A model generated the notes under the pieces. The model was not told the origin of the DNA, ran no database searches, and was given only the letters and a program-made list of their open reading frames with translations. The translations under genes were made by a program, and so were the position numbers. From Lingula anatina (Eukaryota > Animalia > Brachiopoda), in NCBI GenBank assembly GCA_051362555.1, contig CM120649.1, positions 4,712,001 to 4,776,000 on the forward strand: a DNA stretch of 64,000 nucleotides, read 5' to 3'. This document shows, piece after piece, positions 12,055 to 26,772 of the stretch. The first letter of the stretch is position 1. Every line of letters starts with the position of its first letter.

Positions 12055-15000
12055 TGATATAGGACTCCAATTACTGTAAAAGAGGACCTAATGTTTGTAC
12101 TATTCCCAGCAAACACAAAACGTACCTGTATTTAGAGCGTTATCACAACTTTCTGCTTAAGTTTTCTGTTTGATGGGTTAGTTCTTGGTGTATTGTTTTC
12201 AATACGTACATTATTTCTAAATAATACTAATCCAAGACACAAAGTGCGGTACGGAACAGGACGAATCATTGCAGGACGTCACGCACCTTGGCTTGTATAC
12301 AATGTTCGAAAAGATATAATATATCAATAACCCGGTGAAGAGGAATGGCTATCGGATAGATTAATATTGGCCATTCACTGGTATGTTTATTGATCACAGT
12401 AAAAACAAAAATGAATGAAATAATAATAGTAATAATATAAATATATATATATTACCTGAAGTTTGGGAATGACTGGATTTTTTTTCAGTTTCTGGGTAAG
12501 CTATTTCCGAAAATGCAGATGCCAAAACACAAGGTCTGTGGAAGATGAGACCGGGGGAGGTACTGTCGCTAGAGAAACATACCTTAATTGATGCACATCT
12601 AGACGGGTAAGGGACTCATACCGTTCTTTTATTTGGAAAATGTGACTTAAAATATTGTAATCGCTGATTTGCGCCAGTTTGCTGAAACAGTAACTTTTTT
12701 GGAGGCACGTTAATCTTAAGCTGCCATTTAATTTGGTGAAACACGTATTTTGTGATTTTTAACTTGTATTTCTTTTCCAATGTTAGATTGCAGAGAAGAA
12801 AGAAGCTCAGAAGATACATAGCGATATTCAGACAAAATAAATTTATGCTGTCGAGTATAACAATAGCACAAATTGGTACATGTATTCTTTGAATCTCTTT
12901 CATTTTTGATTTTCACTCAAATTAATACTCAGTTTTGATAAAATGTTACACCATCTGCCGTATTTTTCAATGATTTTGTGAGATGATGTTTACGACTTTA
13001 ACAGGAAATACAGGATTTTTGAAGGGTTTGATTGTTGTGCTTTTATGCGAGTAAATGGGGAAGTGAAATCGAAAAAACAGAAAAGAATTTGATCGTTGAA
13101 AATATTGATGATTGATATGAATAATCAGTCAAAATCACCACTAAAAGTGAAAAGGGTACGGTTTAACATAACTGAGGGTCCTTGTAATAGAAAGTCTGCC
13201 CTCCATATAGTTATAATGGTTAGGGTTAGTCTGACCTAAGTGGGTCAAAATCTAGAGCGATCGAGGCTCACCTGTACAAATGAATGGAGAGCGGACTCTC
13301 TATTATGGGGACTCTCTGTCACGTTACACCGACACAGGCTATATCATATAGATTTTGCACTTGATATGGGAAGTGAACCGTTGTAGATCGCATCCGTAAA
13401 GTGTACCACCGGATGAAAAAGTGTACCGGTACACATTGTATCAGTTAAGAAACTTTTTTTTGCAAAGACAATCTGCCAAGCGCAGTGAACGGGTAGTATG
13501 ATGTACGTAAGCAAACATTTTTCTCGATTCTTAAATCAGATTTGATGGTTCAAAGCAAGCAAGTTAAATTGGCTAATTCATTCCCCAACCGAACTTTAAT
13601 TGTTTGTTATCTCACACAAGTGACACAACTATTCAAATAGGAATAAACCACTTTTTAGATACTGTATGTTTCGTAGATAGTGAGCCACTCAAGAGAAAGA
13701 GTGACAAACATTTAAATTTCATTTGTGCATTTGTTGCTTGTTTCAGATCAATATTATTCTTATTCCTTTAGCAGAGTTCATAAAAATTAGTCACACTTTT
13801 GCTATTATTTTATGACTGATATTGTTTGAACTGTTTGGAAGAGCTTGATTTTCTAATCAACAACACCAGTGGGGGACAGTATAAAGGAATTGGGCCATCT
13901 TTAAACTGTATTATGTAATCGCTTCAGGGATGATTTATCTTTCTGTATCACTTTCGTAGTCATATATTGGTCCAATTTATCATCTAGTGTAGAGGAAAAT
14001 TGTCATCCTAGTATTAGAGCTGGCATCAAACTTGAACCTGTGCAAACATTTTTATCTGTATTCCCAAGTACCAATACATTTAATTAGTCTCCAACTTCAA
14101 TCAAATCTTTATAGGAGAAAGATATCGCTTGGACACAACTTAACATAGCATGGCTATAAGTATCATGAGAATCTGATGGAGGAAGCACACTGTTAATGAA
14201 AAAATATTTCATACGGCAACATAAAATGGATAACATAAGTGTATTCGCACAATCAAATAAATGTGGCTTAATTTCGATTCAAGACCTTAATTCCATTTGC
14301 CGAATTACCGTTTGCATGTTATAATGTATCTAAGCATTAACAAAAGTTTGAAGATTTGAAGTTTATAAAACATACGCGAGTCAGCGAATGCGTTGTTTAA
14401 AAGGCCTCTGTGACGTAATTGTATGCCATTACAATTATCGAAAATTGAAACGAGAAATGTGTCTCAAAATGACCAGCATATTTTAAAGTGCCTTATGCTT
14501 GTAGCAACGGAAACCATGCCCTCCACCTGTGGTCTTTCGTAATATACGATCATCCACACATCTATTAGAAGTGTTTCATTCTTATTAAAGGATAATACCC
14601 AGACGGAAAACATCGGTATCTTTGGCACATCAATCAAGCTTTCGATAAGATACCACCTTGTTACGCAATCCAGGCGTCATACACCGCTGTAGTGCATTAA
14701 GTCGCTTTACTTTGCTACATAGTATATGCTGGATTCGGATAATTTTCAGATAAATATGCCAGGAAAACGAGGAACCCACTGACTAGAAACTCAAATTACT
14801 GTTTTTATTTAAATATAAGGCAGCACATTTTTTCTCAGAAACCCCAATTTCCAATTTTTCGATACCCCCTTCCCATATCTCATTCACTAGCTTATTGTTC
14901 AGAAGTGACGCGTGATAAGCGTTTTAATACCCAATTTACCAATTTACCAGGGCAGTCGTACTCTCAATAAGATGAGTGCACCTGAACGCATCACCTCGGT

Positions 15001-15542
15001 ATCTATTAAACAACAATCAATTTGGTAAAGCAGATAAATCACATGCTCTTCTATTTACTTTTTGTGCTTAAAGACGTCCCCTAGTGTTTGATTATACTTG
15101 ATGCATGATTTAAAACAAGATTAAATGCCAGCGACACAGACTGCCAAATCCAACGGACTCAAGGAAGAACCGTGAGACATCGACAGTTTCAACATACCTA
15201 TACAAGGGAAATGAGAGGGTTGTTCTTCATTGCCTTGCACCTGGCGTCATTTATGCTGATTTATCAAAAATGTGAGAGGATCGAATATTTAATTAAGATT
15301 CTCGATTTGCATAAATGGTTGTATTTCAAGCCGATTCAATGTAAAATTAAGATAAGTGTTTTATGATGTATGAGTATTATTTTTCTTTTTGATATAAAAA
15401 AGCCGCATTTAAGAGGGATTATTTTCCCCATTCGCTCGGGTCATTTTAGATGCCCATTATGAATAATAAATACAATTTACATATAAGTAAAATATTCAAA
15501 GCTCAAATTCAGCAGAATGACCACAATTTATATTTATTTCAG

Positions 15543-18500
15543 ATGCAGGTGGAACAACGAGTAGCACTCACACAACTGACGGTAACATATCAATTTACTT
15601 TAATTATAAAAGTATATCCCAAAACTTAACCTGTGGATCAGTTCTGTCATATCTTTATTAGACAAACCAAATTATGATTACAAAAAACTATGATTACAGC
15701 TAACCGTTTATGACTTTCACAATATTGGGAGAAACTGATCGCCAAGTGCAACAATAACAGAATACGATAAATTCTGGAAAAATATACTTTATTCCGAGCG
15801 GAACGGTAATCCTAGGATTGGAAGTCCGGGTGTAACGTGACAGAGAGTCCCCCATGATAGAGATTCCGATTCCCATTCATTTGTACATGGAAGCCTCGCC
15901 CTAGATTTATACCCACTTTGGTCAGGCTAACCCTAAACATTATAACTATATGGAGGGCGAACTTTCTATTATACGGACCCTCAGTTACATTACATGGGCC
16001 CCATATGTTTAACCCTCATCCACCTTTCAGGGGGCCTCGCAGGCCCAGACCCATGTATCTTTTGCTCTCTCTTCATTCACATGAGGTTTTGAGCCTGTTC
16101 CTTTCATGTAATCCTCAAGCAACTTATACCCCATCAATGGATAAATAACTAGTTTTGAAATAATTTACACCATATGTAGAAATTAACTTTTCCAAAAGTT
16201 AGTCCCATTTCCTGGAAACCGGGCCTCCGAGGCCCGGCCCCTTGATAATTTTACTTCCACATGGGAGCATGTGTATATAAGATATGTGATGCATTGTTGA
16301 GTTTTACATTTGTGTGGAGCTTTGTTCAAACAATGTCTAGAAATGTATATAGAATAGAATAGAAATCTGCCTGTGAAAGATTCAAGACCTGGAGAAATTA
16401 TTATTTATGAGTAATCGGTCATCTTGGTCACCTGATATGCAGATATCAGTTTAAATCTATCATTATTACATACCTGATAGACTGCACTAGCTTTGCGAAA
16501 CTTTCCATTTTGAGAAAAAAAATGATTTTTCCGCATGTTCCATACACATGAAAATCTGACTCCCCCCATGAACATTTGACTCCCCCCTCCACAAAACTTC
16601 ATAAATCTTATTTTATTTGAGTATATGACTGAGATCTTGAAGTATGTAAAATAGAGGATACATTGGCACTTTTTTTTAGTTTGCAGGTGAACATTTTCAT
16701 GAAAAAATAAGAAAATTAAAAATGTGCACTCAACCGCCCATTGTCTCCCTTATGAAAAAGCTATTTATTTGATATTGGATTATCATTTCTACATTTTTCC
16801 TTTAAAGTTACTTTATTAAGATTATATTATTTGAAAGTTTGATGGTAAACTATTGGGTGAAAAAACTAAAAAGAAAACATGAAAAATAAGAAAATTAAAA
16901 ACGTGCATTTTATCACCCAATAACTCCCCTGTGAAAAAGCTATCTGTTTAATATTTGATGATCATTTCAACACCTTTCCCTAACTTTTACTTTAAGAAGA
17001 TTATATTAGAAATATTTGAAAGACTAGGGAAGTCAAAATCCTACGGGTACAAGAGTGCACTTTGTTATCCATTTAAAATCATCAATCCCCATTTTCCATT
17101 CAGCTTTGGGAAAAAATGGGAAAAACAACAGCAAATATAAAACGGGGCCTTTCACTAATTGGAGTCCATAGGAGTCCAAAATCCATGCATATGAAAATGA
17201 AGATTTTCATAAATTTTTTCATTTATTTTCACCCAGTATTTTACCATTCAAACTTTTAAATATGTCCTCCATTATGCATACTACAAGATCATAGTCATTT
17301 ACTGAAATTAAATGAGATTTATGAATGTTTTATTTATTTATTTATTTATTTTTTTTGGGGGGGGGAGTCAAAATTTCATAGGGGGAGTCAGATTATCATT
17401 ATGAAAATCTGACTGGGAAGTCACATTTTCATAATGAAAATCTGACTGGGGAGTCACAATATATGGGAGTCAGAGGCCCGGTTTCAGGGTTTACGTAGGG
17501 TTCCATTTCCTTGTGGATGAGGGTTAATACATGTAAGAGTTAGTCGGAGTGTTGGGGTTAGTAATGTATGTGGGACGAATGTCACCTGTAGAAGGTGAGG
17601 AACGTTGGCCTACGATTCCTAACGGAGCACCATTCCTGTCACACAGGCCTTCCCTGCTTCATTTTTTATTTCTAATATAGAGAAAATATTGTACTTTAAT
17701 GAAAAAAAAGGAAAACACACATTGCTTAGTCCTATGTAATGTTTTTTTCAGCGTGTAAAAACAAGGACATAGCATTCCTGTTAGATGTTACTGGCTCTCC
17801 AGATGATGCACCAAAGATCCAACGGTTCTTGGCGTATTTGGTCAACGATTCATTCGTAATTGGACCTAGTGACGTCAATATCGCTATTATTTCTTTCAAA
17901 CCGGAAATAAATGGCCATGTGACACTGGACAAAGGGGACATATTTCCCGACGTATCGGCAGCAATCCTCACTGTGAACGTACACAATGGGACATCTTTCG
18001 AAAGCCAAACGTATAACGCGTTGGACTTGGCCAAAACCGTTTTTCTTAGTCCTAAGCATGTTCAAGGAGGAAGAATAAATGCAAGTAAAATCGCTGTCGT
18101 CCTAACTACGGGACTGAACGACAAATTCTGCACTACTGTACAAAAGGCGCTGGCGGCAAAGCAACAGGGTATTGAAGTGTATGCGATAGGGGTCGGCAAC
18201 AAGACAAGCCAACTTCTAGAACTGAAAGCGATTGTTAGCCCACCTGCGTATACCCATGCTTTCCATGTAGAAGCGTTTGATGAGCTGGGCGAGCTGGCAG
18301 AGGACTTCTCTAAAGCACTTTGTTCAGGTAGGTCATTTACCGAACTTTTTTATATTTGACATAAGCCCATTAGTGCAGTTTTGTTACTATAAACATTTAC
18401 CAATTCTTAAAAGCATTTTGATCGTGCTAATGCATGTATCACTGCACCCTATACATGTAGAACTATACATGTAGGTTCTCTTTGTGTATTTGGACCAACT

Positions 18501-18771
18501 AGATTACAATGTACATATCCTGCCATTTTAGGAAAAAAAAAACATCCCAGCGGGCAAATTATGTTGTTTTAACGTTGAGAAGACATCGAATAAACGTTGG
18601 ATTTGAAAGTTGTGTCAACCTCAGATAACAACGTTGTATCAACGTCAGAAAACAATGTTATATCAACCCCACCCAGCGGGAAATTAGCCTGGATGTGTTT
18701 AGCAGTAGGACATGTTTGATGGCTAAATATATGTAGGGTATAAATGTATGGCCATTCAGTTAAATTTCCAA

Positions 18772-18812
<41 letters not shown>

Positions 18813-20292
18813 CAAAGTCACAGTCACCTCAACCTGTCTATCTATAACAGGTTACCAAGAACTGTTAACCCTATCACATTTACAGAAACTTATTCATCCT
18901 AGTGTTAGCTGACCTTGCAAGGAATTCAGTTCATTGGAATGTATTTCTGAATAACATGTTAAGAAAATTCACTAGTTCACTAAAGACAAAACAACTGTCA
19001 CTTTTACTTTAAAACCCTTTTGTTATTATTTTGATAAATTTAGTTACAGTATTGATTAACAAAGTATCACGTTTTCAACAATTAATATTTTAAATTACAA
19101 TCCATAACTGCAAGGTTGTGTCATTGACCAAAATACAACGTTGAGTCAACGTCACATTATGACAGTGTTTCGACGTGGCTGGATCAACGTTGATTTTACG
19201 TTGAATTTAGGTAGATCAACGGCAATTCAACGTATCAACCTGTTTTCAACGTTAACGTTGATCCAACGCAACTATGCCTGCTGGGATGCTTCATATAGAA
19301 ATAAGATTTAATTCAACATTTCCAACTGCAGTGTATTAGACCATTGTTTAGTTTACAATGCTTCTTTTGGAACAAAATGCTTCCAGTAATCTATTTTCGG
19401 TTATAAAAAATAAGACTTGAGTTTTTATTAAACGTTTGCTTTTAAATCTTGTATTTTCAATTTTTAATTCCATGATAAATTACAATTTTTGGTGTATTTC
19501 AATACTTCAAAAGGTGCGGCTTTATTTCACTATTTAAATACAATGTAGTCCCAACTTTTCACCATGCGCATGCTGATCTTTCCAGTTACAAACAACATGA
19601 CGTCACCAGAAGACGACGGCTGGTACAGGCATTACCAGACAACTTGCCTGAATGTAACCAGCTCATCGCCGCAATCTGGTGTGACTGGTGAGAACGACAC
19701 AGTCCCACCTACTGCAATTTTTCCCTCCGCTACCGGGACTTCACTAGATAATTTCACCTCATCACCGATTTCTGTTGTGACTGGTGAGAACGACCCAATC
19801 TCACCTACAGCATCCTATCCATCTGCTACCGGGTCTCCACAAGGCACTGCAAAGGATATAGATAATTTTACCTCATCGCTGCAATCTGCTGTGACTGGTG
19901 AGAACGACACAGTCCCACGTACAGCATCCTATCCTTCCGCTACCGGGACTTCACTAGGCACTGCAAAGTATATAGATCATTTCACCTCATCACCGCAATC
20001 TGTTGTGACTGGTGAGAACGACACAGTCTCACCTACTGCATCCTATCCTTCCGCTACCGGGCCTGTACCGGGCACTGCAAACAATGCAGATCATATTAAA
20101 TCGGCATCTGGTATTGATTCTAATAAACCAAGCCAAGACTTTGATGTTATAATGTGGGTTACTGTCTCAGTGATTGCATTATTGTGGCTTGCTGCCATAA
20201 TTGGTTTCTTGTGTTGTATGAAGAAAAAATCGAGACGGGTGCGAGCTGAAGATGTTCAAGTTGATAAGTCAGCAGAAAAAGAAAACGGGTAG
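15543..20292 (+). CDS. VWA-domain type I membrane protein, copy B. Exons 15543-15581, 17752-18327, 19586-20292 (4 stalk repeats)
   Basis: Same exon sizes (39, 576 nt) and splice sites as copy A; open frames. Confidence 0.85.
16013..17523. mobile_element. piggyBac-like non-autonomous element (1511 bp), specific to copy B
   Basis: TTAA duplication at 16009-16012 and 17524-17527; TIR CCCTCATCCAC; subterminal inverted GAAACCGGGCCTC; single TTAA empty site at 2208-2211 in copy A. Confidence 0.9.
18546..19285. mobile_element. CMC/EnSpm-like element in VWA-gene intron (copy B)
   Basis: Same site and structure as 3454-4206; AT duplication and CCCAGC TIR. Confidence 0.8.
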
Positions 20293-21704
20293 TAGAATAG
20301 GCGTAACGTTTTGATTATATAGGACTGATTATCATGTAGGTCCAATTTTTACTACATCTTAACGGCCATCTATTAACAATATTGACTTATATGCACGTAT
20401 ATACGTAAGCTACCATATACCACACACGTTTTGCATTGATATCAACTATAGATAGAACATTTGGTCCATTCTCTTTCACAACAGCGACGCAGTTAAGGTA
20501 AGGTGTAACGCAATTCAGAGGAGAACCAACCCCCTAATAATCTGGACCGACTCCACCATTCTCTTTAGGAAGAAAGGGACAATATTCCAGAAAACAGAAT
20601 ATTTACCCTGGTTGATGGCCCGTCACGCCGCAGATAATTGCAGTGCGTGGTAGATACACTCGCTATTAGACATGTGACCTTCAACGAGCACATCCTACTG
20701 CTAATTGTGTGTAAATTTGGTGACATTTGGTGGCGTCTTTTAAATTTAATGAATATTCCCTTGCCTTTGTGGGAATCACCGTGAAACATAGGAATTGAGG
20801 GGGTACACCGGCATGTACATTTTATAAAATTGAATAAATGGCACAAAATACGGATATTGTCACCACTATTTTGTATTTTCTGAACCATTTATCATGTTAT
20901 ATATGGTGTCCTGTATAAAAAGCACTGTTTATGACAATTAACACCTATGAGGTGATCATTTCTAGATGAACGCACATGGAATTGGGTGGAATAGCCTTTG
21001 ACCAATCTTGTATGATCATCCACATACTATTAGAAGTACTTCACTCTTATTAAATGATAATACCCAGACGGAAAACATTGGTATTTGTCGCACATCAATC
21101 AAGCTAATAACAGCGTTCAATAAGCCGATTGACTTACTATCTTAAGAATTAAAAAATTGGTGATAATTTTGCATGTAAATATTGGATAATATTGCATATA
21201 CTTGACAAAAAAACTATTTTGGGTACTGTCAACATTAATGTTAAAGATAAATTACAGTGACACTTATTGTCCCCAAACTCACTGGAGTGATTCCCCGTAT
21301 GTTAATACAGTTAAGTGATGAACATGTAGAGCTTTATGAACGATTCAGAATGGATCTCAGCGTGATACTAGACAGGCTATTCAGCAACTTGTTGATTATT
21401 TCTTTCCGTTATACGTTAACATAAATGTGTACGTGATGTGGGAAATGTGGGTTATTATCTGTTTGTTTCTTCCACAAGGTTTTTGATTCTGTGTCCTTAG
21501 GTTAAACACCGGACACAGAAGACACAGACATGTTTTACGGGAATATTTTAATTTTTTTTTTTTTTTGTCTCCGTGTCATCGTTAAAAATATTAACAGATC
21601 TTAATGGAAAATAAATTTTGTCTAATTCTGACTTTGCCTCGAGACAACAGCGATTTTAAGATAGACATGCGGTTTTTACAACAGCACTCAAAAATGATAG
21701 AAAT

Positions 21705-22628
21705 CAAATTCTCAGATCTTTGTCACAAAGACACTCGCCTTTGATGTGGATCGTTTTGAAGATGTAATAAGCTGATCACTTGTTGATACTGTATCAAGGA
21801 CACGCGTACACAGAGGTGTTGTAGCTCACTAATACAGAACCTACACTACTGCCGCTACTCAATCTTGCTACAACGGTGCTGGAGCTAAGGTGTGTGTGGT
21901 AGACTTCGACAGTAGACTGGTTTGAAGCTTTCATTATCGGTGAGTTTAAATTCTTACTCGAATATCTCAAAAAATAATAATATAAAAAGATAATAATAGC
22001 GTTAAATTATGTATTTTGATACCCTAGTAGTTATCTTGTATTTTCAGAAGATAAGTAGGCTTGTTAAGGACCAAATATTGACCAAACGCTGCATTTTGTA
22101 GTACAAATGTCTAACTTGGCATGAATGTTCCTTGGGCCAAAACATTTTTTTATCCAAAGAGACACGCTATATCGATGCATATATTAGCATGAATTATGCA
22201 AATTAGTTACCAAAATATACAATTTTTCCTATTCCCATCAAACTTTGGCCTAAAAACACGTATAGATCACCAAACTTCAATACATTAGGGACAAGGAACC
22301 CATTTTTTGATATTATGGAAGCAATTGGTGGCCATTTTGTGCCATTTTGTCTCCAAAATGTACAGATAGATTTAACACTTTCACATTATAAATCAAAGCC
22401 TCTTCAATTAAAAACATAGACCAGACACATGTATTCGGAGGGAGACATCGAGAAAACTTATATTACAAAGGTGGGATGTCTACCAAATTATTCAAACTTT
22501 TTTGGGTGAGAACTTTATGAAGGCCACTTTCTTTGGCTTTTAGTTAAGTGCTTCTACAGGAGTACAAATTACCTATCTGCATGTATTGCAATTATGGCTC
22601 TTCCAAGCATTTTTTTCAGTCTACGGTA

Positions 22629-22705
<77 letters not shown>

Positions 22706-24849
22706 CTTGTTTCCGTTAGTGCAAATCTTAATTGACATTGGATGTTGTATAAATTGTACATTATTGTACATTATTACATGTAAGAGATAGATTTTCTGAA
22801 TCAATTTTTTCCTCAAAATCAAATGCCATCTCCAGTAATTAACACCAAGTAAGGAGGCACAATAGTGAGATGTTAATTTGTTTGAATTATTTGTCTTATT
22901 CGTGTCTTTAGAGTCCAAAATTCAGTGGAAACAATTTAAGGTATAATAAAGGTGTGTGGAAAAAGGTAAATATTTGTATGTGACATCCTTTCTGTCTTTT
23001 CGAAGTTGGCGTTTTATTCGGACAAGATACTATTTTTATGTTAAAGTTTTTGCAACGGTGTTTTGACTCTTTGTAGTATCAAATTGACACTGAATGAAAA
23101 CAGCTCTGATTTCAGTAAAAGCAAAACAAAGAAATGTTAGAGACCCAATTTCATCTTTTCTTTTTGTTTATTTTTATTTGTGAGCGTAGGACAGGGTGAC
23201 ACAAAAAAAAAAAAAAAAAAAAAAAACATAAAAATTAATTAAATCCTACGAGGATCCATCAAATTTCAAGACATTGCTGGACTTTAACTCCAACATGTGC
23301 ATGATCATTCCCTAAAACGTCAGTTATCTTTGTAGTCCTGCATAAAAGTTGTTTTTTTAAATATGTTCCAAATGGCCTCAGCGACACTGAGGGACACTTG
23401 CATACGTCGCACAAAATTGTCAAACACTCGAACACATTCCTCTTTGGGGATTTCCCTGAAGTTTGCTGTAATAGTTGCCTTCAATTGTTTAAGGACTGTT
23501 ATCGTACACTTTATACTTGACATATACCAACTGAAAAAATATGTTTGTTTGTGCCAAGGAGTAGGGGGCAAGTCTGATGGATACCATGCCCACTCAGCAT
23601 CACACTTCCTTCGTATCACCTTGTATAAAAATGTCCCCGATTCGAACTTGTACTCAGGTGAATGCTATTATATTTTTAACGCGTATATATCTACTGTCCA
23701 TTTTTTGCGCAGAATCTCACTTCCCACGCAAGTCCTTCTTACGAAATTTCGAGTTTGCAGACAGCCTGTAAGCACGTACGGAGGATGTTGGACATGTCCA
23801 AAAGATTCTACGAATAACCTGCGAACAGCGAGGCCGCAAGCGTAACTTGCTCCCCTCGCACGGAGTTAGCAAGAGAGACGCGCGTTGTGCAAGACGCACG
23901 TCGCAAGCAATGAAGGAACAAGTGCCCTTTGGGTGTTGAGTAAGGCGCACGCCCTCACAACTAACGAACAAAGTCGAGAGCACACCGGGGATGCGTCGCA
24001 CGTGCGTCACCCCCACGCCTAGTGTATAAAAAGCGCACGCTCGTGTCTTTACAATGAACGTCGACTGTGTAACGTGTACAAAAACTTTCAAAATTTTCAA
24101 ATTTTTGCTCAATTTAGTTTCTACTGTGCCTCCAAAAGGCAAGAGAAAAAAGCTTACATAGTAGAAAAAAGGGAGGAGGAAGAAGAAAGAAGAGGAGAAC
24201 CGGGAGCAAAAGTGGCGTACGCCGTCAGTACGTCACCACAAACGTGTGAAGCAAGTGTGAAGCAAAACTGACGCAAAAGGGACCACTTTCGCCGTGCGTT
24301 GCATTCCCTTCGTAAGTGGTGAGTGTGTGCCACTTACACAGGAAGCAAGACAAACTCTTGCAATTAGCGCCCCTGCTTGAAAGGACATCTCATGTGGCCC
24401 TTGCGACTCGCAAGGCAGACTTTCCTCTACCTCTACGACCTCCACGGCCTCCGCAACACCTAAAAATCGCAGGGGAAGTACGATCCTGAAATCTGTGCGA
24501 CCGGTTGTGACCGTGGCTTTATAGGAATGTCACCTGTTTTCTCCAGTACTTTAAAAGTGCATTAAAATCAAATGCAGCTGTTTAAGGTAATTTGGATCAC
24601 TATCAACTATCAACGGTGACCACGCGTCAATTTGGCACTAATGACTCGCTTCATCAAATACAGTATACAAACTGCAGCTACAGCACCCTCCCTCTGGTCA
24701 CAGCGCGAGCGTTACTGGCACAGGATGGACATGTATATTTGTCAAGTTTTTTTTTTAACTCCTTATAATATCTACAAAATGTTTAAGGGCAGGGGCGTAT
24801 CCAGGATTATTTAAAGGGGGGGGGGGGGGTCCGCGGATGCGAAGCCGAC

Positions 24850-24880
<31 letters not shown>

Positions 24881-25325
24881 ACACATGATGTGGGGTTTGG
24901 GGCCCGGTGAAGGATTCCCAAAATGTTTGGTATTTTAGAGGGCGAAAGGTGGTACAGTTTTGAGCTATGATTCAGCTAGTCAGAATTCTAATTTCAAGCG
25001 GGACGAGAAATCGAAGGGGGGGGGGAAGAAGTTGCAAGAATAAATATCATTTTTTTATTATTTTATGACTTTTTGTTTTGAGTCATCCATATTGTACGTA
25101 TCGAAGTGTTTTATACCCGGATGTCCTTGTAAAGGAGGCTGCAGAAAGGACTATAACCCCTGGTACACTGCTCCTGATAGGGTAGGTTGAGCCCATGTGA
25201 CCGTGTAACCTTGGTAATTAAGTTCTTAGCCAGGGAACCAGACTTAAAGTTGTCTTGTGAAACCCGGACAGAATACCAAAGCGACTTTGCTGTGGGGTGT
25301 CGTCGGTAAAACATTAACAATAAAC
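21705..25325 (+). pseudogene. Disrupted older Diedel-like paralog (copy B); exon-2 tail 25119-25190
   Basis: Duplicate of the 6525-10156 relic. Confidence 0.68.
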
Positions 25326-25702
25326 ACATTTTATCCATTTCAGCATCAATCTGCCTCTAGACCAAAAAAAAAACGCTATACTCAGATATGTGTGCAGTTT
25401 TAATCTTAATCTCAAATGTTACATGTTCTATTGACAGATTTCACAAAGCACTCCTCTTTAATATCGATCTTTTTGAAGATTTATGTCACCACCAATTGCT
25501 TGTTCTCACCTTTTTGTTGATTCAACATCAAAGACACACACACAGAGAGAAAGCTGTGAAAGCTCAGTTATACGGGACATTCGAAGCCGCTTCTATTCAG
25601 TCTTCCTACATCACTCCAGCTGAATGCAGCAGACCGGTTTGGAGAGTTCGATAGTGTTGTGTGCTATACTTCAATAACTTGGTGGTAATTCTGGAATTCC
25701 AG

Positions 25703-26772
25703 ATGATGGCAGCATCTGTTGTCACCTTATTCGTTGCTGTCTTCGTGATAGCCACTGTTATAGAGGAAGCTCAAGCTGTGTGTTGTAAAGCAGACAAGAA
25801 CGGGTGGTGTGCGGACTGTACTCCGGTAAGACACAATTTATCCTTCATGTCAAGCACACAGTTGTTTATGTCATTTCTGTGTAACGCATTTAGAGATGAA
25901 GTTAGTGTTTTCCTATTTAGTCATCAGTCAGTCATACTGCAAAACAGAATCAACTGTGTATTAATCCGTGAGAATTAGCTCGTTTACTTTTTGTTCTGCA
26001 TTTTAATGTGTAAAAAGCGGGCGAGCGCTGGTTGTAAAACTGACCAAGTTGTTAAGCTTTTTGGTGCTTTTTTAGTCCAATTATTAATAAAAAGTCGATG
26101 AAGCCTTAAGTCATCTAACTCATCAATACCAGCAAATTTGAACAAATACCGTGCATGGATAATGTGACATATAAATGAAAGGTTGATATTAGTCGCAGCT
26201 CAGTGTCACGCTCCATACATTTGCGCTTAATTTCTAAGTATTTGTTATTAAAGATAAACTAGTAATTTTTACAGTTATGAAACGCATTCGTTGGCGGTTA
26301 AATGAAGTTACCTGTATAAACATTCAAATTTCTTTATTAATTTTATAGTATTTTATTAAAGTTAGCCATTATATCTGAATTGGTCCATTTAGTCTTTTTC
26401 CCCTCACTTAAGTATCCGTCAAGTAAAACATGAATGCAGGAAATGAGGTTTTTCATCTCCTTATTGTTTTAACAATATAATCGAATATCAAAAAAAGTGA
26501 AATAGATATTTTATCCCCCAATTTTTACCGAACTGACAAATCGATCGAAATCTGTTAAAAAAATAACAAAGGCTATGCACTTGAAAATACTTACATATGT
26601 TCAAAGTAATCAGGTTTACGTCTCAAATGCGATTATTCTGTTTCAGACCACTCCATATTGTGGGTATGGGAAGTGTAACATATTCGGCTGTGCTTGCAAA
26701 GGAGGCTGCAGAAAGAACTGCAACCCCGTGTACAGCGATTATTATCGTCCACCGCCGTATGTATACCTGTAA
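25703..26772 (+). CDS. Secreted 82-aa Diedel-like peptide, copy B. Exons 25703-25825 and 26647-26772
   Basis: Protein identical to copy A; same splice sites. Confidence 0.85.

Noticed and set aside
12345-12533. Candidate signal-peptide exons for VWA copy B (and ~27514-27702 for copy C)
   Set aside because: Splice-like sites exist, but ATG GCT ATC GGA TAG stops at once and no frame gives a clean phase-1 join; the 5' end of the VWA genes is left unresolved
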